In this document: piece after piece, positions 1 through 13,877 of the stretch
Position numbering within the stretch: the stretch's first letter is position 1
Layout of the letters: the number at the start of each line of letters is the position of its first letter
DNA from: Tubulanus polymorphus
Lineage: Eukaryota > Animalia > Nemertea
NCBI RefSeq assembly: GCF_964204645.1
Contig: NC_134036.1
Coordinates: 9,527,859 to 9,591,858 of the forward strand
Length of the DNA: 64,000 bases
Direction: 5' to 3'
Notes under the pieces: model-generated
Told to the model about the DNA's origin: nothing
Seen by the model: the letters and a program-made list of their open reading frames with translations, nothing else
The model's database searches: none
Made by a program: the position numbers and the translations under genes

Positions 1-148
1 CGTACGATGTTTAATTCGTGTTTGTCGTATATATTTCTGTCTGATGTGATTCCTTACCTTCGCCTGAAGATACGACAGATTATTCCCTATTTAGTGATGA
101 TCGTTAGAACAGATGTCCGTTTCTCCAGTATTTGACTATGTTATTAGG

Positions 149-196
149 TGTTGCTGTTCCCTATGAATTGGTGTAAATTCACAGGGAACAGCAACA
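149..196. other. Short inverted repeat / hairpin (21-bp stem, 1 mismatch, 6-nt loop)
   Basis: tgttgctgttccctatgaatt-ggtgta-aattcacagggaacagcaaca. Confidence 0.75.
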
Positions 197-3100
197 GTTA
201 TAAGGCGCAGCTATAAATTGACTTTCAATTTTGGAATTGAAGAAAATTATATGAACTTTAAAAAGTCCGATATTTTCAATCTATGATTTGCTGTGATATT
301 TTGTAATCGTATTTCATTATACAATCGTCGCGAGTGTTGTGTTCTGAGTTTTGTTTGTCTCATCTTGATTTTCGGGGCGAAAATATTAAGTCCTTGGGGA
401 TATTAGGAAGATAGTGATGTGTACGGAAGCTGGAGTTCATGGTTAGTGTTACTATTGCCAGACTACTGCCTGCGTTGATGCATGAGGCAGACATAAACAA
501 TTAATAGAAATAATGTAAATAAACACGTCTGGATGTGACGTATGTGTCTACGTAGGAAAACCTAAACATAGTACGGCCATGAGTTCCGACGAGTACACAA
601 GATATGTTGTTGTGACGTGTATAGGTACGTTTACATTCCATACATGGGCTGGAGGAATGTTTTGACGCATAAATACATGAAAATCCTTGAATTCCAGCCA
701 TGTGTGGTAAGGGTCTGCACACGTTACAACATTCCTCCAGCCTCCTTTTAAAGAGTAAAATGATTTAAAATGAGACACCGGGAAACATTAAAAGTAGAAA
801 AAAAACAACGAGACTGGAAAGAAAACAGCCAGAGCGAATATACCTCTGTGAATAAAAGATTATTATACCTACTGGAGAAGATTCTTTCAACCTTCATTAT
901 CTATCACTTATTTTCGATCGAATTGTCTGTAAAACATCAGTCTTCGTCCATGATTTGAATTCAATCCAATAGTTTTCACTATTTTCAATTTGTTCTGCTT
1001 ATAATCTCTTATCTAGAGTACCAATGCTTAATTTTGATGCTGATTAAACATACACTCACGTAAATTTAGGAAAGTCCATATTAAGAATTTCGTTTCTTGT
1101 TTTTGTATTGCATCTACACGCCAGAGGTAATAACGGATTCATACATTTGACTACAAAGAGAAAAAAAATTCCTTGTGTACAGACAGTTCAACTTTTTAGA
1201 TCCCTGAAAAGCTTCCATTTTAGATATCTCGATAATAATTGACCATTTATTTTTCTGATTGACCATTAATTTTCCCAAAAAGTCCCCCCTTCGAAAAACC
1301 TAAGCAACCGATGTATGTTTGCTTTGTGTTTACCAATGCACTTATTATTAGTACATTAGCAAGCACATTGTTACCTTTTCTAGCTATTTCCACTGTTTTC
1401 AGTGAAATATTGCATCCTGTATTACATGAATCATTCAACGATACTCCGGGACTAATAACTCACAAAAAGTTTAGATTAACCATTAAACCATATGATACAT
1501 GACCAAATACACGTTTAATACGAAAAAGACCCACTACGCGCATATTTCAAATTTCGAACCATGGCTTATCATTTAAAAATTACGACACGACGTTCGATCT
1601 CTCACTAGAGATCATCGTTTTAAATTTATACGCAGCGGGTTTGATTGTTTTGTCAAATATCTACATTTGAGTGTGACTATACTACAAATACAAAGTTATT
1701 TTAGCAATGAAGTTTTAATTGCAATTACAAATATTAACAATCCACTGGTAAACTCCAAACAACTTTGGGCAACTGACCTTAGGTCGTAGATTGGTCTCAG
1801 GTGGCCTGCTGATCCATTATTTTTATACTACTAAATAAAATTAAATATACAGTATAATTTGAAGTAGTACATTGAAGTACCCTTTATTTTCATATCAGGA
1901 TAATTTGTGTACGGAAGATTGAAAAACGATATTCCATTGAGTTTTATGATTCTCTAGATTATAGTGTATACAATCAATAATTAACTTTCTTCCACGGATA
2001 CGAATCATCCCAAGTTAACACAATAATTTTCTTGTAACTGTTACTGTTGATTACGATGTTTTCTACTGATCTGAAGTAATAAAGACCAAGCCGAATGTAG
2101 GTTCATGTATATTTTAGATTGTTAAATTTAGGGTGTTAGACACATACGACAGCACACGGCTATTCTTATAGTGAGAACGCTGAACTAAATGTATTGCCTA
2201 AACGCAGTTAAACGACTGTCTCGAGCAGATTTAATGCGTCGATCGCTCTAAATTACTTCGAGAAGTTACTGTATCGGCCAAAGAGTGACATGTGTATCAA
2301 CCTGACTGATTCAACCGCGCGCAGCCGTCTCGCGCATATTGGTCCCTATATGAACGACTAATTTTTTGCGCCAAATTCTGGAAATAACTTCTCCCGGGTC
2401 TCCCTAAATTTTCGAGGCCGTACTTCAGGTCGATCGATTTTCTTCTCCACAAAACAATTGTTCAGTGATCACCAGTGCGTTAAGAGTCGATTTTTGGTAT
2501 ATAAGCTAGGAACAAACATCGATGTTGAAGGTGGCTCCAAAAAATAATCGTTCTAGCGTTGCTGAATCTCTCATTGGCTCATTGGACCGTGTACTGTATC
2601 AGACCGGTCGATGAGAGCGGGATTAGACGCACGACTTCTCAACCAATAAGGTAGGTCCCTAAACAAACGGTGAGCAAATATATGTAGCTAGTTTTACGCT
2701 GACACTCGCGCATTCTGGCGAAACACGCTGTGCGAATAAATTCGCTGCGAAAATAACGTAGTGTGTAAGGGGTTTACTGATGCTTCATCGGGTAAAAGGG
2801 TTAATAACAAAATCTTACATGCACTAATTCTGTATCGATTATAGAAACGTTCTTCTATTCTACTTTATGACAACTGAAATTACCGACGGATTACCTCCAC
2901 AATATTTACAAATATCTAGTTATAAGATCAGGTTAAGTGTAGGCATAATGTATATATTGATGGATACATTGAATGTTTCTCGCTCCTCAAGCAGCAGGCG
3001 ATGCTGGACCGTAAAAGCGTCCTAAACCGTAAATGTGTTTTTGTTTTTAATATCACCTACTGTTGTTGGTAAAAATGAAATAATTTGGCCTAATTGTATA

Positions 3101-3469
3101 TCCTCTACCTCACATACTACACCAAATTTATAGTTCAGTTCTTTGATGACACCTGTTATAAACACAAAGCAATGAATATATGTTAATAAAATTATATTTG
3201 GGTCCGGAAATTGGATTTTTGTCAGACTTGGCCTTTAAAAATCTAACAACATTGCTAGCACATAGAAAAAAGGTAGAAACAATACTAATTGCATTTTGAT
3301 AGCAGCTTTTCGGATATTCAGTATAACTTCAATTAAGCTGGCATACGACTAAATTCACAAAGTTATCGTTGAAATGTGGTAAAATTCAAGGTTGCAGCGG
3401 GCTAAGAAAATGAATTAAAATTCCACTAGCTAAAGCCGATGTTGATCTGTGTCTAATGCAGCATGATAA

Positions 3470-3690
3470 GGCTAAATAAAAATGATACCTTGTTTCTCCG
3501 CAGCGGCTGGGTCATTTTTGTAAAATATGATAAAATTTATAAACAGTTCATTTCTATAGCGTCCGGGTCTGTTATGGTAAAATTGATCACGATTTAAAAA
3601 AAAAGTAATGTATAGGGTAGATAGGCGGCCGGCTGGGTCAACATTTAAGCTCAGCAGAGCGGAGAAACAAGGTATCAATTTTTTTTAGCC
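3470..3690. mobile_element. PIF/Harbinger-type MITE
   Basis: ~32-bp TIRs GGCTAAA..TGATACCTTGTTTCTCCGC; TAA duplicated on both sides; empty site (tgataa|gtcgatg) visible in repeat copy B at ~10921. Confidence 0.85.
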
Positions 3691-4111
3691 TAACGTCGAT
3701 GTTTTAGATTGTCTTTTGTTGCCAACGGTGACGTACATAAACGAAAAAATGGGTAGATGAAAGAAAAACATCGGCTTCATGACCATTTTCTTAAGATCCC
3801 TGGTACACCTACTTTGCAATTGGCTTGTGTGCGTTCACTTTTCTCTTGTCTGTTTGTCCGGGAGTCGACGATATCAAATTATTTCCCGATTTCGACTAAC
3901 ATTTCGATCTGTTGTTGATGTTTATGAGTTATTGGTCCGTTCTTAGATACATACATTATAACTCGACCTGTTCCAGTCAATCTTATTATGTCTACAGATC
4001 TCATACCTTTGGATACTGCGCGTATTATTCCAGTAGCATGTACATCAATCGTGTACTCGAGCCACAAAGTGTAACGCCAAAATATTGCGTTCACTTTATA
4101 TACATGTGTTA

Positions 4112-4592
4112 CAGTAGTAAGTAGTAAGTCGGTCACGCTAGGACCACGGTCAAATGTCCGACTCAGAAAAATTCCGATTATATTATGAGTAAGTCGGGTT
4201 TTTGGGGTTTTCTAAGAAAAATCCGAGTTAGCTACTAATACTAAGACCCTTACCCTAACAACTGGGTGCACGGGGTCAATATTCTATTATATAGCCGACT
4301 ACAATTGCAAAAAGGTGTGTCCGTCAAAAGAAAAATCGATCTACCGGTGTATAATACAATGCGCGCCGGTTTCGATTTGTTTAGAAATAACTGAAATTGG
4401 ACGACTGACTTAGAGATTGAAAAATGCATTGCTTTGAAACCTTCGGAACATATATTCTAGCCGACTTAGTGGAATTTCTAAGTATGAGACAGATTTGGAT
4501 AGGAAAATGAACTGAAAAAATCGGGTCCTTGGATTCGGCTGATTTTGCTGATTTTCCTATTTAAAGCCGTCCGACTTGGGCCAGTTCTACTG
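4112..4592. mobile_element. Tc1/mariner-pogo-type MITE
   Basis: TA|CAGTAG..AAGTCGG ... CCGACTT..CTACTG|TA; absent from repeat copy B. Confidence 0.6.
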
Positions 4593-5422
4593 TAGTTGTC
4601 CGTGTGTCTCACTCCGATACGTCGAGAGAATCGAGTAATTTGGAGTGTTCGGGAAATGTTTTATTGGTGTTAATTCCCCGTATATAAGTTCTGCAGGTTA
4701 CATACTCTGCATTGTCGTTTACTGCGGTATTGGATTTTGTGGTTACACTTGTGATATTGTGTCCTTTATCAATGTTTATCATCCAACTTTTTACTAATCT
4801 GCCTGCCTGGAACTTGTCTGTGGCCATCGGTATGTTCTGTATCATGTCATATTACCCCGATGATATATAATTAGCTGCATCACCCTCGTGATATCTGTAT
4901 CTTATTCTTTTTGCACATAACATGCTTGCTATAAATATGTACTGCTTCTAGATATGTGAGATGGATATTGCCTGAATAATCCCTGTTATGCGGAAATGTG
5001 CTTTTGAGACACCGTCCCGTCATTAAAGGTTTACTTACCCATGACATATTTTTCCATTCAAAGCGCCGCTTACTTTTCGTGTGCTGTATCTTTTTTTTCT
5101 GTTAAAGGACAGTTAACATCTTGCCGTAGTGGTAATTTTCGGGACATAGAACCAATAACAATCATTAGTATCACAATCATATGATATCTTACCTTCAATG
5201 AGTAGAAATCCGTGCAAATACACCCGTGAACACCTTAGAGGTGACTCGGACCATGTGCTCACTCTACAGCACCTGTCCACTCCCTCCATCTGGAGGCCAC
5301 CATGCAAACTACTGATGTACTAATAATGGAATAAATATATCATCAGCTTATCAGTGCGCGATGACGCATCACAAATGTAGTAAAATTATCGAGCTGTTGA
5401 TACAAACATCGTGACTGAAGTG

Positions 5423-5791
5423 CACTGTTAAAAATAAATTGGTAAATTAACCAAAAAAATTGGCAGGACATTTGACCCATAGGTGTAGTAAAATTACGAC
5501 ATATAGTAAATTTACTGACTTAATCGTTATGCTTAAACACCAATGATAGTTAATTAACATACAGTAAGTAATTTTACATTACCTATATAGTAAATTTACT
5601 GGCTTAATTGTCAATCTTAAACACCAATGATAAGCGAATTTACATACATAGAGCGAGTATATTTACATTATCATATAGTTAATTTACTTCTTTATAGACA
5701 ATGTTAAATACAAATAATATGGTGTAAAACCAATTTTCATGGTCCTACTACCAATTTAAAGAACTGGTAAATGTACCCAATTATTTTAGTG
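5423..5791. mobile_element. Non-autonomous DNA transposon with CACT...AGTG termini (CMC/EnSpm-like MITE)
   Basis: Imperfect TIR CACTGTTAAAAATAAATTGGTAAATTAACCA vs reverse complement CACTAAAATAATTGGGTACATTTACCA; internal AGTAAATTTAC-like subrepeats. Confidence 0.5.
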
Positions 5792-6999
5792 TAAATCCAA
5801 TGAAACCTCTAGAGTTACCACAAATCAGTGCAAAATAACAATAATAATATTTAAGTATCAAAACATCAACAAATGATTTTAGTGGGCCAAAAAATCATGA
5901 CTGCCCATTATAAACCTATAATCAAGATACAATTACATTGATTGCAAAACAAACCGACTTCTTTCAGGTATCCGATTACTCTATATTTCATATGCCCAAG
6001 TCTGAAGTGAATTTAAATTTTCTCAAAAAAATAGAAAAGAGAAGGAGCTGAAATTGTGCATGTCTCAATATTCTATGACATCAGATTTTTTTTAAACAGA
6101 GCTTGGATATCAAAAACATGCAACTAGGCATATCCCAGAAAAGGGCCAAAGCTTTTTACCGAAACAATTGATGAGCTAAATCAATTTGAGCTTAGGCAGT
6201 AAAATATGAGAAAATTCATAATAAAGCCAGACAAGTGAAATAGTTATATATTTACAACTAAAATCGAATACAAAACTCTCAACACAACGGTCTAAACTTG
6301 AACTCACATGTGAAACTTTTACATGTAAATTACATATATTAAGACGAAGTACGAACTGCTAAGTACTGGTATGGCACAAAAACATCCAATATTAAAGCCT
6401 AAGATAAATCTAATCTCTCGTGATTCAGCACAGCCTAAGAAGAACAAACATTTTTAAACTATTACAACAATAATATTTTAGAAAAAAGGTACTGCACTTC
6501 AGTCATTTAACTAGATATCAAGTAATATTGTATGAAAAACCTGTCAAAATTACTGTTAGTAGTTTTACACATCAAAATACCCAGTAGGCGTGATAATATG
6601 AAAGGTAAATTAATTTTGACAGTTTTCCATGCTCAAAACACTTCAACTCAAAATATCATTTCAAACTACTTTTAATCTACTAACTCGCAGAAAAGTGACA
6701 CACCTCGCGCCGATGGAATTAATTAATTAATTTGCTAAGTCAACGGATTATTTCCATTCAAGCTCAAAATCTACCAGTTTATGGAAATGAAACAGCACTC
6801 TTCCACTTTCAATTCTAATATATCAAGTTTAGTCATAACCTCTGGTCATATTCAAACATAATTTGTAAAGATGAAATTCTTTTCAACAATGAACAAATCA
6901 GGGGAAACTGTCAAAATTATTTCAAAAGTAAAATGTAGTTTTACCAATCAAAATACCAAGAAGGCGTGCGACACGCAGAAATACGGAAGTGATGGGTTA

Positions 7000-7037
7000 A
7001 ACCATGGACGTATAAACTAGATTATACGTCCATGGTT
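7000..7037. other. Perfect 16-bp-stem palindrome
   Basis: AACCATGGACGTATAA-actaga-TTATACGTCCATGGTT. Confidence 0.85.
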
Positions 7038-7218
7038 GAACTAACCGTCAAAATAGACAAATGATATATAAAATAGGCCTAATGAAATGATGCGTACTAA
7101 TGGAAACAAATATTTCTTCAGTGTCTTTATAGCATGAGTCCATAGATTATTTCCAATACATTCCATGGAATTCCTGAATTAATTTTTAAAATCAACAGGT
7201 TATTTCCCATTCACTCCT

Positions 7219-7470
7219 CAAATCTGCCCGCTTGCCGACAAGCAACACAACTCGCGTCGACGGACTTCTCGAATTAACACATTGTAAAGTCACCGGATGA
7301 TAGCCAATCGGTCTCGAAATCTGCCCGCTTGCCGACAAGCAACACAACGCGCGTCGATGGACTTCTCGAATTAATAATGTCACATCATCAGATCATATGC
7401 AGTCGGTCTCGAAATCTGCCAGCTCACGGAAGAGTGACACCACCCGTGGCGATGGACTTCCTGAATTAAT
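7219..7470 (+). repeat. Degenerate ~95-bp tandem repeat (about 3 copies)
   Basis: aaatctgcccgcttgccgacaagcaacacaa..gcgtcga.ggacttctcgaattaa at ~7220 and ~7317; degenerate copy at ~7411. Confidence 0.7.
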
Positions 7471-8968
7471 TGACAGGAAACATCTAAAAGAAAACAAAAG
7501 GAAATCATAACTTAAAAGGATTTTCAAAAAACCTTAAAAAATAATTATTCGCAAAAAACTGAGTGTGTAATGACAGTACACTCGATGCGTTATATATTTC
7601 ATAATACTAATAATTTGTGGTTTGAGTTACATGTCGTGAGTAGCCAAGTTCATCTGCATTGATGCTGTATATGCTTTTTTGTTTTTGCATATAAAACTGG
7701 CCCATGACTCGGTAATGCACCCTAACCACTGACAGAAGAAACAAGTATTTTTGCATAATTTCTTAAATTAATGGCTTTGAATCAAATTCTTAAAAATTTG
7801 AACCAGTTTCTGATGTTTCTGAAAACTTAAAGGCCGATACACAAAGGCTGGAATTGAAAATTTGCAGATATTGATACATGTATATTCCGACTGAATCCCA
7901 GTTCTAATAAATGTATAGCCAGTTCAACATTCTAAGCCTTTGTGTATGCAGGTTTCGCCCAATATTTTTTTTTCATTCGTAAATTTACTTTCGATGATTG
8001 AAACAAAGAAAAGCTGACTGGAAATCAAAGAATGAGATGATCAAAATGTTACAAATTTTCAATGAAATATTTAATTAAAACGTTGTCATTTTTTAGTTGT
8101 CATTTTTTAGATCTGTCAAACACGTTCAAACATAACACTTTGCCCAAGGGTATCCTCCATTTATTCATTCTGTAAGAACATTTTTGCTAATGTTTGACCT
8201 GTTTGTGTACACATTCGTAAGCATTATAGTACATAGGAATGTTGGCACAATTTTGACTCCGTCCCCTATGTATAATAGAAAGAAGACTAACCTCTGAATA
8301 AACTCCATTGTCTTTATCCAGTTTCTAGTGTCCCTGTGGATACTCGATATTGAACACAAAGAAACAGATGAATAGCAGTTTAACTGCATCATTGTAATCA
8401 CTTATCATCATGCTCGAGAAAACTGCACCATAAATAACAATATATAGAACGTATCAGCTGCGAATGTTGAATCTCCTGTAAAAAGATGTTTAACTAGTTA
8501 AATAAGCTAAAAACATATATTAGATCTTTCATATACATTATGCACAAAATATTGCACACTTGTTTAGAGGGTTATCAAGCTGCTTATAAGAAAAAAATGA
8601 AAAACTAAATCTTGAAGCAATTTTGAAGACAAATTCATTCAAATTTAACCCCGTGTTGAATGGGAATCCTCTAGCATCTAGGTTAACCTGGAATTATGGT
8701 TTGAGGACTTTGACTGGTAGTTTGCTGGTGTTTACACTTACCCATAACAGCAATTAATGGCGTTAATGGTTTATTCTAGCCTTTGTTGATTTTGGCCTCA
8801 TTGCCATCAATCTAAAAATTTAAACACAACAACAGATTAAAATTTTGCCAAATTTTGGGACTCGTATTTGCTGGCAAAATGGAATACAGTAGAACTTGCC
8901 TACCTCAGAATTTGTTTGGCAGTAGACTTTTTCCGAGATAAGTGTTGTCAATCTATTGAAAACTTAGC

Positions 8969-9072
8969 GAGTGAGTGAGTGAGTGAGTGAGTGAGTGAGT
9001 GAGTGAGTGAGTGAGTGAGTGAGTGAGTGAGTGAGTGAGTGAGTGAGTGATTGAGTGAGTGAGTGAGCGAGT
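8969..9072 (+). repeat. (GAGT)n microsatellite
   Basis: Directly visible. Confidence 0.95.
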
Positions 9073-10010
9073 GTTGGGGAGGGGGAGAGTGAAAAATAAG
9101 ATCTCGGGACCATCCAAATAAAAAGTGTGCCCCATTTCTATAGACAATTTTCACGAGAGGCCAATCATGGACAGCACAATTTATCGACATTTTTTGCTTA
9201 TCTTTATCGTTATGGGAACTAGCTCTTAAAAATGATGAAGAAACTCCAATTAAATATAATCACAGAAATCCATATAATCGTTTTTAATGTTTGTCTCAGA
9301 GAGATCCAGAATGTTGGATTTGGATCTCCCTGAGACTTAAGTAGCCCTTGGCTCCACCCTCCAAAACTTTGTGACAGGTGGGCTGTGATTGGTAAAAAAC
9401 CAAAGTAACCAAAGTTTTTGACAGTTTTTAGGCCTAGCTGAGATGGCAGTTTGTTGATTACTCACATTTATACCCACATTACTCGATCCATGCTATTGTT
9501 CTAATAGTGGTGGCTGAGCAGTTTTATGATAACCGAGTAGTACGTAGTACTGAAACAGTTTGTGAATGTGCACACAAAGAAACTGTCGTAATGTAAGATT
9601 CTCCTATTTGAGTTACTTAAAACGATGCCCAAAATGTTATGATAATCATAATGCATCATATAGATAAGAAAGACACAATACAAAATAGTAGCGTTAAAAG
9701 ATCATCAGCTGGTGATTATCAAAAGCGAACCATAGGTTTGTTGAAAATACAAATGTGACCGTTAACTGAACTGACTGTCAGTATCGGTCGCCACAGACAG
9801 TTTACCTTTTAGTCTCATTGTGTATATGCAGCCATAAAAATAACAGAGTGTAGTAGTAGTGTCATGCAAGCGAATTATTTAAAAGTAAATTGTATTACGT
9901 TTTATTTCATAGTTGGTTATTTATTCGGCGTCTGTTTCGTTAATCTTTTTCTTATATATTTTGCACTTAGCACATACTACCGTAATTATGAATACGATGT
10001 TTTCAAGGCG

Positions 10011-11764
10011 GTCTCGAGCGGAATTAATGCGTCGATTAATGCGTCGATCGCTCGAAATTGCTTCGTGAAGTTACCACCTCTGCCAAAAGTGGCGTGCGTA
10101 TCGGTCCGACTGATTGGACCGCGCGCAGCCGTCTGGCGCACATCAGTCCCCATATCAACGGATACTTTTTGGCTTCAAATTCTGAAAATAACTTCTCCCG
10201 AGTCTCTCCGAATTTTCGAGGCCGTACCACAAGTCGATCGATTTTTTTCCAAAAAAAAAAATTATTGTTCAGTGCTCACCGGGGCGTTAAGTCGCGATTT
10301 TCGGCATATAACCTAGAACAAAAAATACAGCCGTTACTAAATCGTTTCGCGTGCACATGGCTTGTGACGGTGAATTTCTCATGGAGCCACGTTCATTGGT
10401 CAGGTCCGGGGTTTAGGCTCATTATCCAAAGCCAATAAGGTAGGTCCCTGTTTCCATTTGCTAAAAACGTTCGGTTCAGCAGTAAGTTCATAACGTACGT
10501 TGAGTGCGTAAATACATGAATCTAGTTTTACGCAGGCACTCGCGCATTCTCGCGTGAGTGGTTGCTCGATATACCGGCAGGTGTAGTTTAGTTCTTTGAT
10601 GACACCTGCAAAAGAAAAATCAATGAATTTATGTAAAAAACTGATATTTGGGTCTTTTCGGCAATTTCTGTCCGACTTGGCCATGAAAAATCGAACAACA
10701 TCACAAGCACGTGTATAGGAAACGTGAAGAAAAGTCTGGTGCATTTTGATAGAACCGTTGCGGATATTCAGCATGAACTCAGGTAAGCCGGCACTAGACT
10801 GTTAAACTATTCAAAACATGGTCATTGAAATGCGATGTGCATTCAAGCATGCAGCGGGCTAGAAAATTGAATTGAAATTCCGCTAGCTACAGTTGATGCT
10901 GATCGGTGTCTAATCCTGCGTGATAAGTCGATGTTCCAGGTGGTATTTCGTTGCCAACTTGTAGAATGGTGACGAACATAAATATCAAAATACATAGATG
11001 AAAGAGATATTAAAAAACAATGACTTAACTTAAAATACCGGATCCCTAGTACATCTAACTACATTCGGCTGATGTACGTTCACTTTTCGCTTGTCTGTTG
11101 ATCTGGAAGTTGACAGTTTGAACGGTTTGATCTATTTTTGATGATTAGGATTTACTGTTCCGTTCACAGATACAATTTCAGTAGACCTATTGCAGGCAGC
11201 CTTAAACGTCTACGAATCTCGTTCCACGTTTGTTGGATACGGTAGTAGCATACACATCGATCGTGTACTCACGGGGAGGTTCTTTTGTTTGTTGTCCGTG
11301 TGTCTCATTCCGACCCGTCGAGGGAATCGAGTAATTTGGAGCGTTCTGGAAACGATTTATTGGTGTTAATTCCCCGTATATATTTCTACAGGTTACATTA
11401 CTCTGAATTGTCGTTTACTGCGGTGTTGGATTTTGTGGTTAAATGTGTGGATGATTTGTGTCATCTGTCAATGATTATCATCCAATTTTTCACTGGTCTA
11501 CTTGCCTGGATCTTCTCTAGTTGTGGCCATCGCTCTGTTTTGTGCTGTGTCCTATTACCCCGATGACATATAATCTGCCCTCATCACCCTTATGATACAT
11601 GTCTCTTATTCATTTGCATATAGCATGCCTGCTATAAATATCTACGGCTTTTAGACATATGAAATGCATATTACCTTGAGAATCCTTGTAATGCAGAAAT
11701 GTGATTTTGAGACAACGTCCTGTCATTCAATGCATGCTTTCTAAAGACTTATGTTTCCATTCAC
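10011..11764 (+). repeat. Dispersed non-coding repeat, copy B
   Basis: Colinear with 2218-5060 but lacking its MITE insertions. Confidence 0.75.
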
Positions 11765-11890
11765 ATGCATGATACTCAGTGAATAAAGACATTTTCTCGA
11801 CTCGCTCTAATAGAATTAATCAAATTGAAAATGATTTTTCAGCCATTAAAGACGCTGGCGCTGACGGGATCTCTGTAAAATTAGTACGTA

Positions 11891-12443
11891 CAGTCAACCC
11901 CGCATAAGTCGTCATTGAATTAGTAGTCGTGTCATCACATCTCTCGTATAACTATTTCGGTCTCGATTTTTTCTTTGTACCATATAATATTATGCTTATT
12001 ACTCATACCTTATAAGTCGTATTTTCACGTTAGTCGTATCAATTATAGGGGCCAAATCTTCTAATTCCATTCAAAATACCTCGCGTAGGTCGTAGCCCGA
12101 TATGCCGGTATCAGATGAAAATACCCTGCAATATTGTCAAGTGTTTAGACAGTTACAATGTAACCTCCTTGTGACGTTGTCTACGTGGTGCACTTGACAG
12201 CTTAAGATGATTGATTGAGAGGAGATTTTAGCAATATATATCTGCACTGTCAGGTCAGCTCAGTGATACGACCTCTGCTGGAATCTGAGCGTTGTATATA
12301 TTGTATTTTCACGGATTATTCGCTGAATTCGTATAAAACCGCGATATATAGATAATTTGTAAAATACGACTTACACATGACTCGTAACTAAGTCGTAGGA
12401 AAATCGTCAGTCCCGAGGGCTACGACTTATGCGGGGTTGACTG
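11891..12443. mobile_element. pogo/Tigger-like MITE inserted in the CR1 fossil
   Basis: Perfect 22-bp TIR CAGTCAACCCCGCATAAGTCGT; TA target duplication; internal TAAGTCGTA subrepeats. Confidence 0.9.
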
Positions 12444-12621
12444 TATATTTAATTGTAGTTTGAAGGCACGTATATTATCTAGTGAACTGAAGTTTGTGCG
12501 GGAACGTCCACTTTACAAAGCAGGCAATAATGACTCTTCTGATAATAACAAACCGATATCTGTACTGCCTTGCTTTTCCAGAATTCTGGAAAATATCGTA
12601 TATAATCGATTAACGGAATAT

Positions 12622-13877
12622 TGTAACACAGTTTCATAGTATTGATACGCCGGTCACAATCCTCTCCTTAGTCGTATGATAATATAAGCAATAATCGGTC
12701 CCTGGCGAGAGAACATGTCCGCGCACAAACCCACGTAAAACTAGAATACCGGAAATTTTGAATGGATATTACAATACAAGATGAATTTATTTACCTTAAT
12801 ATTTAAACACAGCTCTCCAGTTTAACACAATCCAAATCCTAGCTCTAAATTCCTATTGCACTCTCCTGCTGGTAACCCGTCTTGAATCAAGTCCCAAACA
12901 AGCTTTTAACAAGTAACTATCGAATCTCTATCGAGTGTCTTTTGAGTGTCTCTTGAGTGTCTGCTCTCTCAAGATGCGGGTCCCTTTTATAGAAAGAGTC
13001 GGCATTCTTAAAATACCGACTCTCCCACTCGACTTTTGGCAAGAAGCAGCAACCTAACTGTCATGACTGTTTTGGTCATATAGAATTTAGCCTTAATGAT
13101 TCGCTGATGAAAAATTATTTTCATAACTTATTTGCTGAACTAACTTTTTCCTTCCAACCCTCCTGTCGTGACGCGGAATGATTTACTCACTCCTTGCTTA
13201 TCATCGTTGAGAGAACAGCTATTCTCTGCGAGTTACCAACAGACGTATACAACAAGAGAAACTTTAGGGAGCTAGTAATATCATTTAACACAAATTAGTT
13301 TTCTTAAAACTTTAGCGATTATAGAGCATTTGTTCTCAATAACATCTAGGATATTCAAATTAAATGTATTTTCGAAACTTTAGTATTTGTCTCAAATAAG
13401 GGTACCACTGATTATTTCTTTTTGAATTATTATAAATACTTTTGATTCGGAACTTCATTATGATCCATTATCATTCTTAAAATCATTCAATAATTGTTAT
13501 ACTAAATAAATTTGATTACAATACGGGATAAAGCAAAACAACAATGTCTCCCCATACTTCCGTTTTCCTTTTTAAAGAAAGTAGTTGGGAGTATCATGAA
13601 GTAACAGCGTGATTCTTTCACCAGCCGCATAATTAATGCAACCCATTGTTCCGAACAAATACGGTTCCGTCTATTCTTAAGTTTATAAAAAGATTTCTGA
13701 ATGTTTGCCAGATAACGAAGCAGAAGAACCGAGAAAGAATTATTTTTACACCAGGCTGATTTATGGTCAGCGCTGATAGATCAAAGCATCAAACAACAAC
13801 CTGCTTACTACATCTTACTACGTTTGTTGTCTGAAACCATTAATAACCACCAACGCATTCAGGAAATCAACATTACA
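12622..13877 (-). mobile_element. Probable solo LTR inserted in the CR1 fossil
   Basis: TGTAA...TTACA ends; imperfect 5-bp flank duplication aatat/aacat; TATAAAAAGGG (~12985) and AATAAA (~12787) on the minus strand; CR1 RT motifs resume after it. Confidence 0.45.

Larger units (their letters stand above)
2218..5060 (+). repeat. Dispersed non-coding repeat, copy A, carrying secondary MITE insertions
   Basis: Colinear diverged similarity to 10011-11764 (e.g. gtctcgagc..ttaatgcgtcgatcgctc, ccaataaggtaggtccct, ttattggtgttaattcc, tttccattca). Confidence 0.75.

Noticed and set aside
9864-10774. Cluster of 120-150 aa ORFs
   Set aside because: Frames are not preserved in the paralogous repeat at 2218-3350 and there are no motifs.
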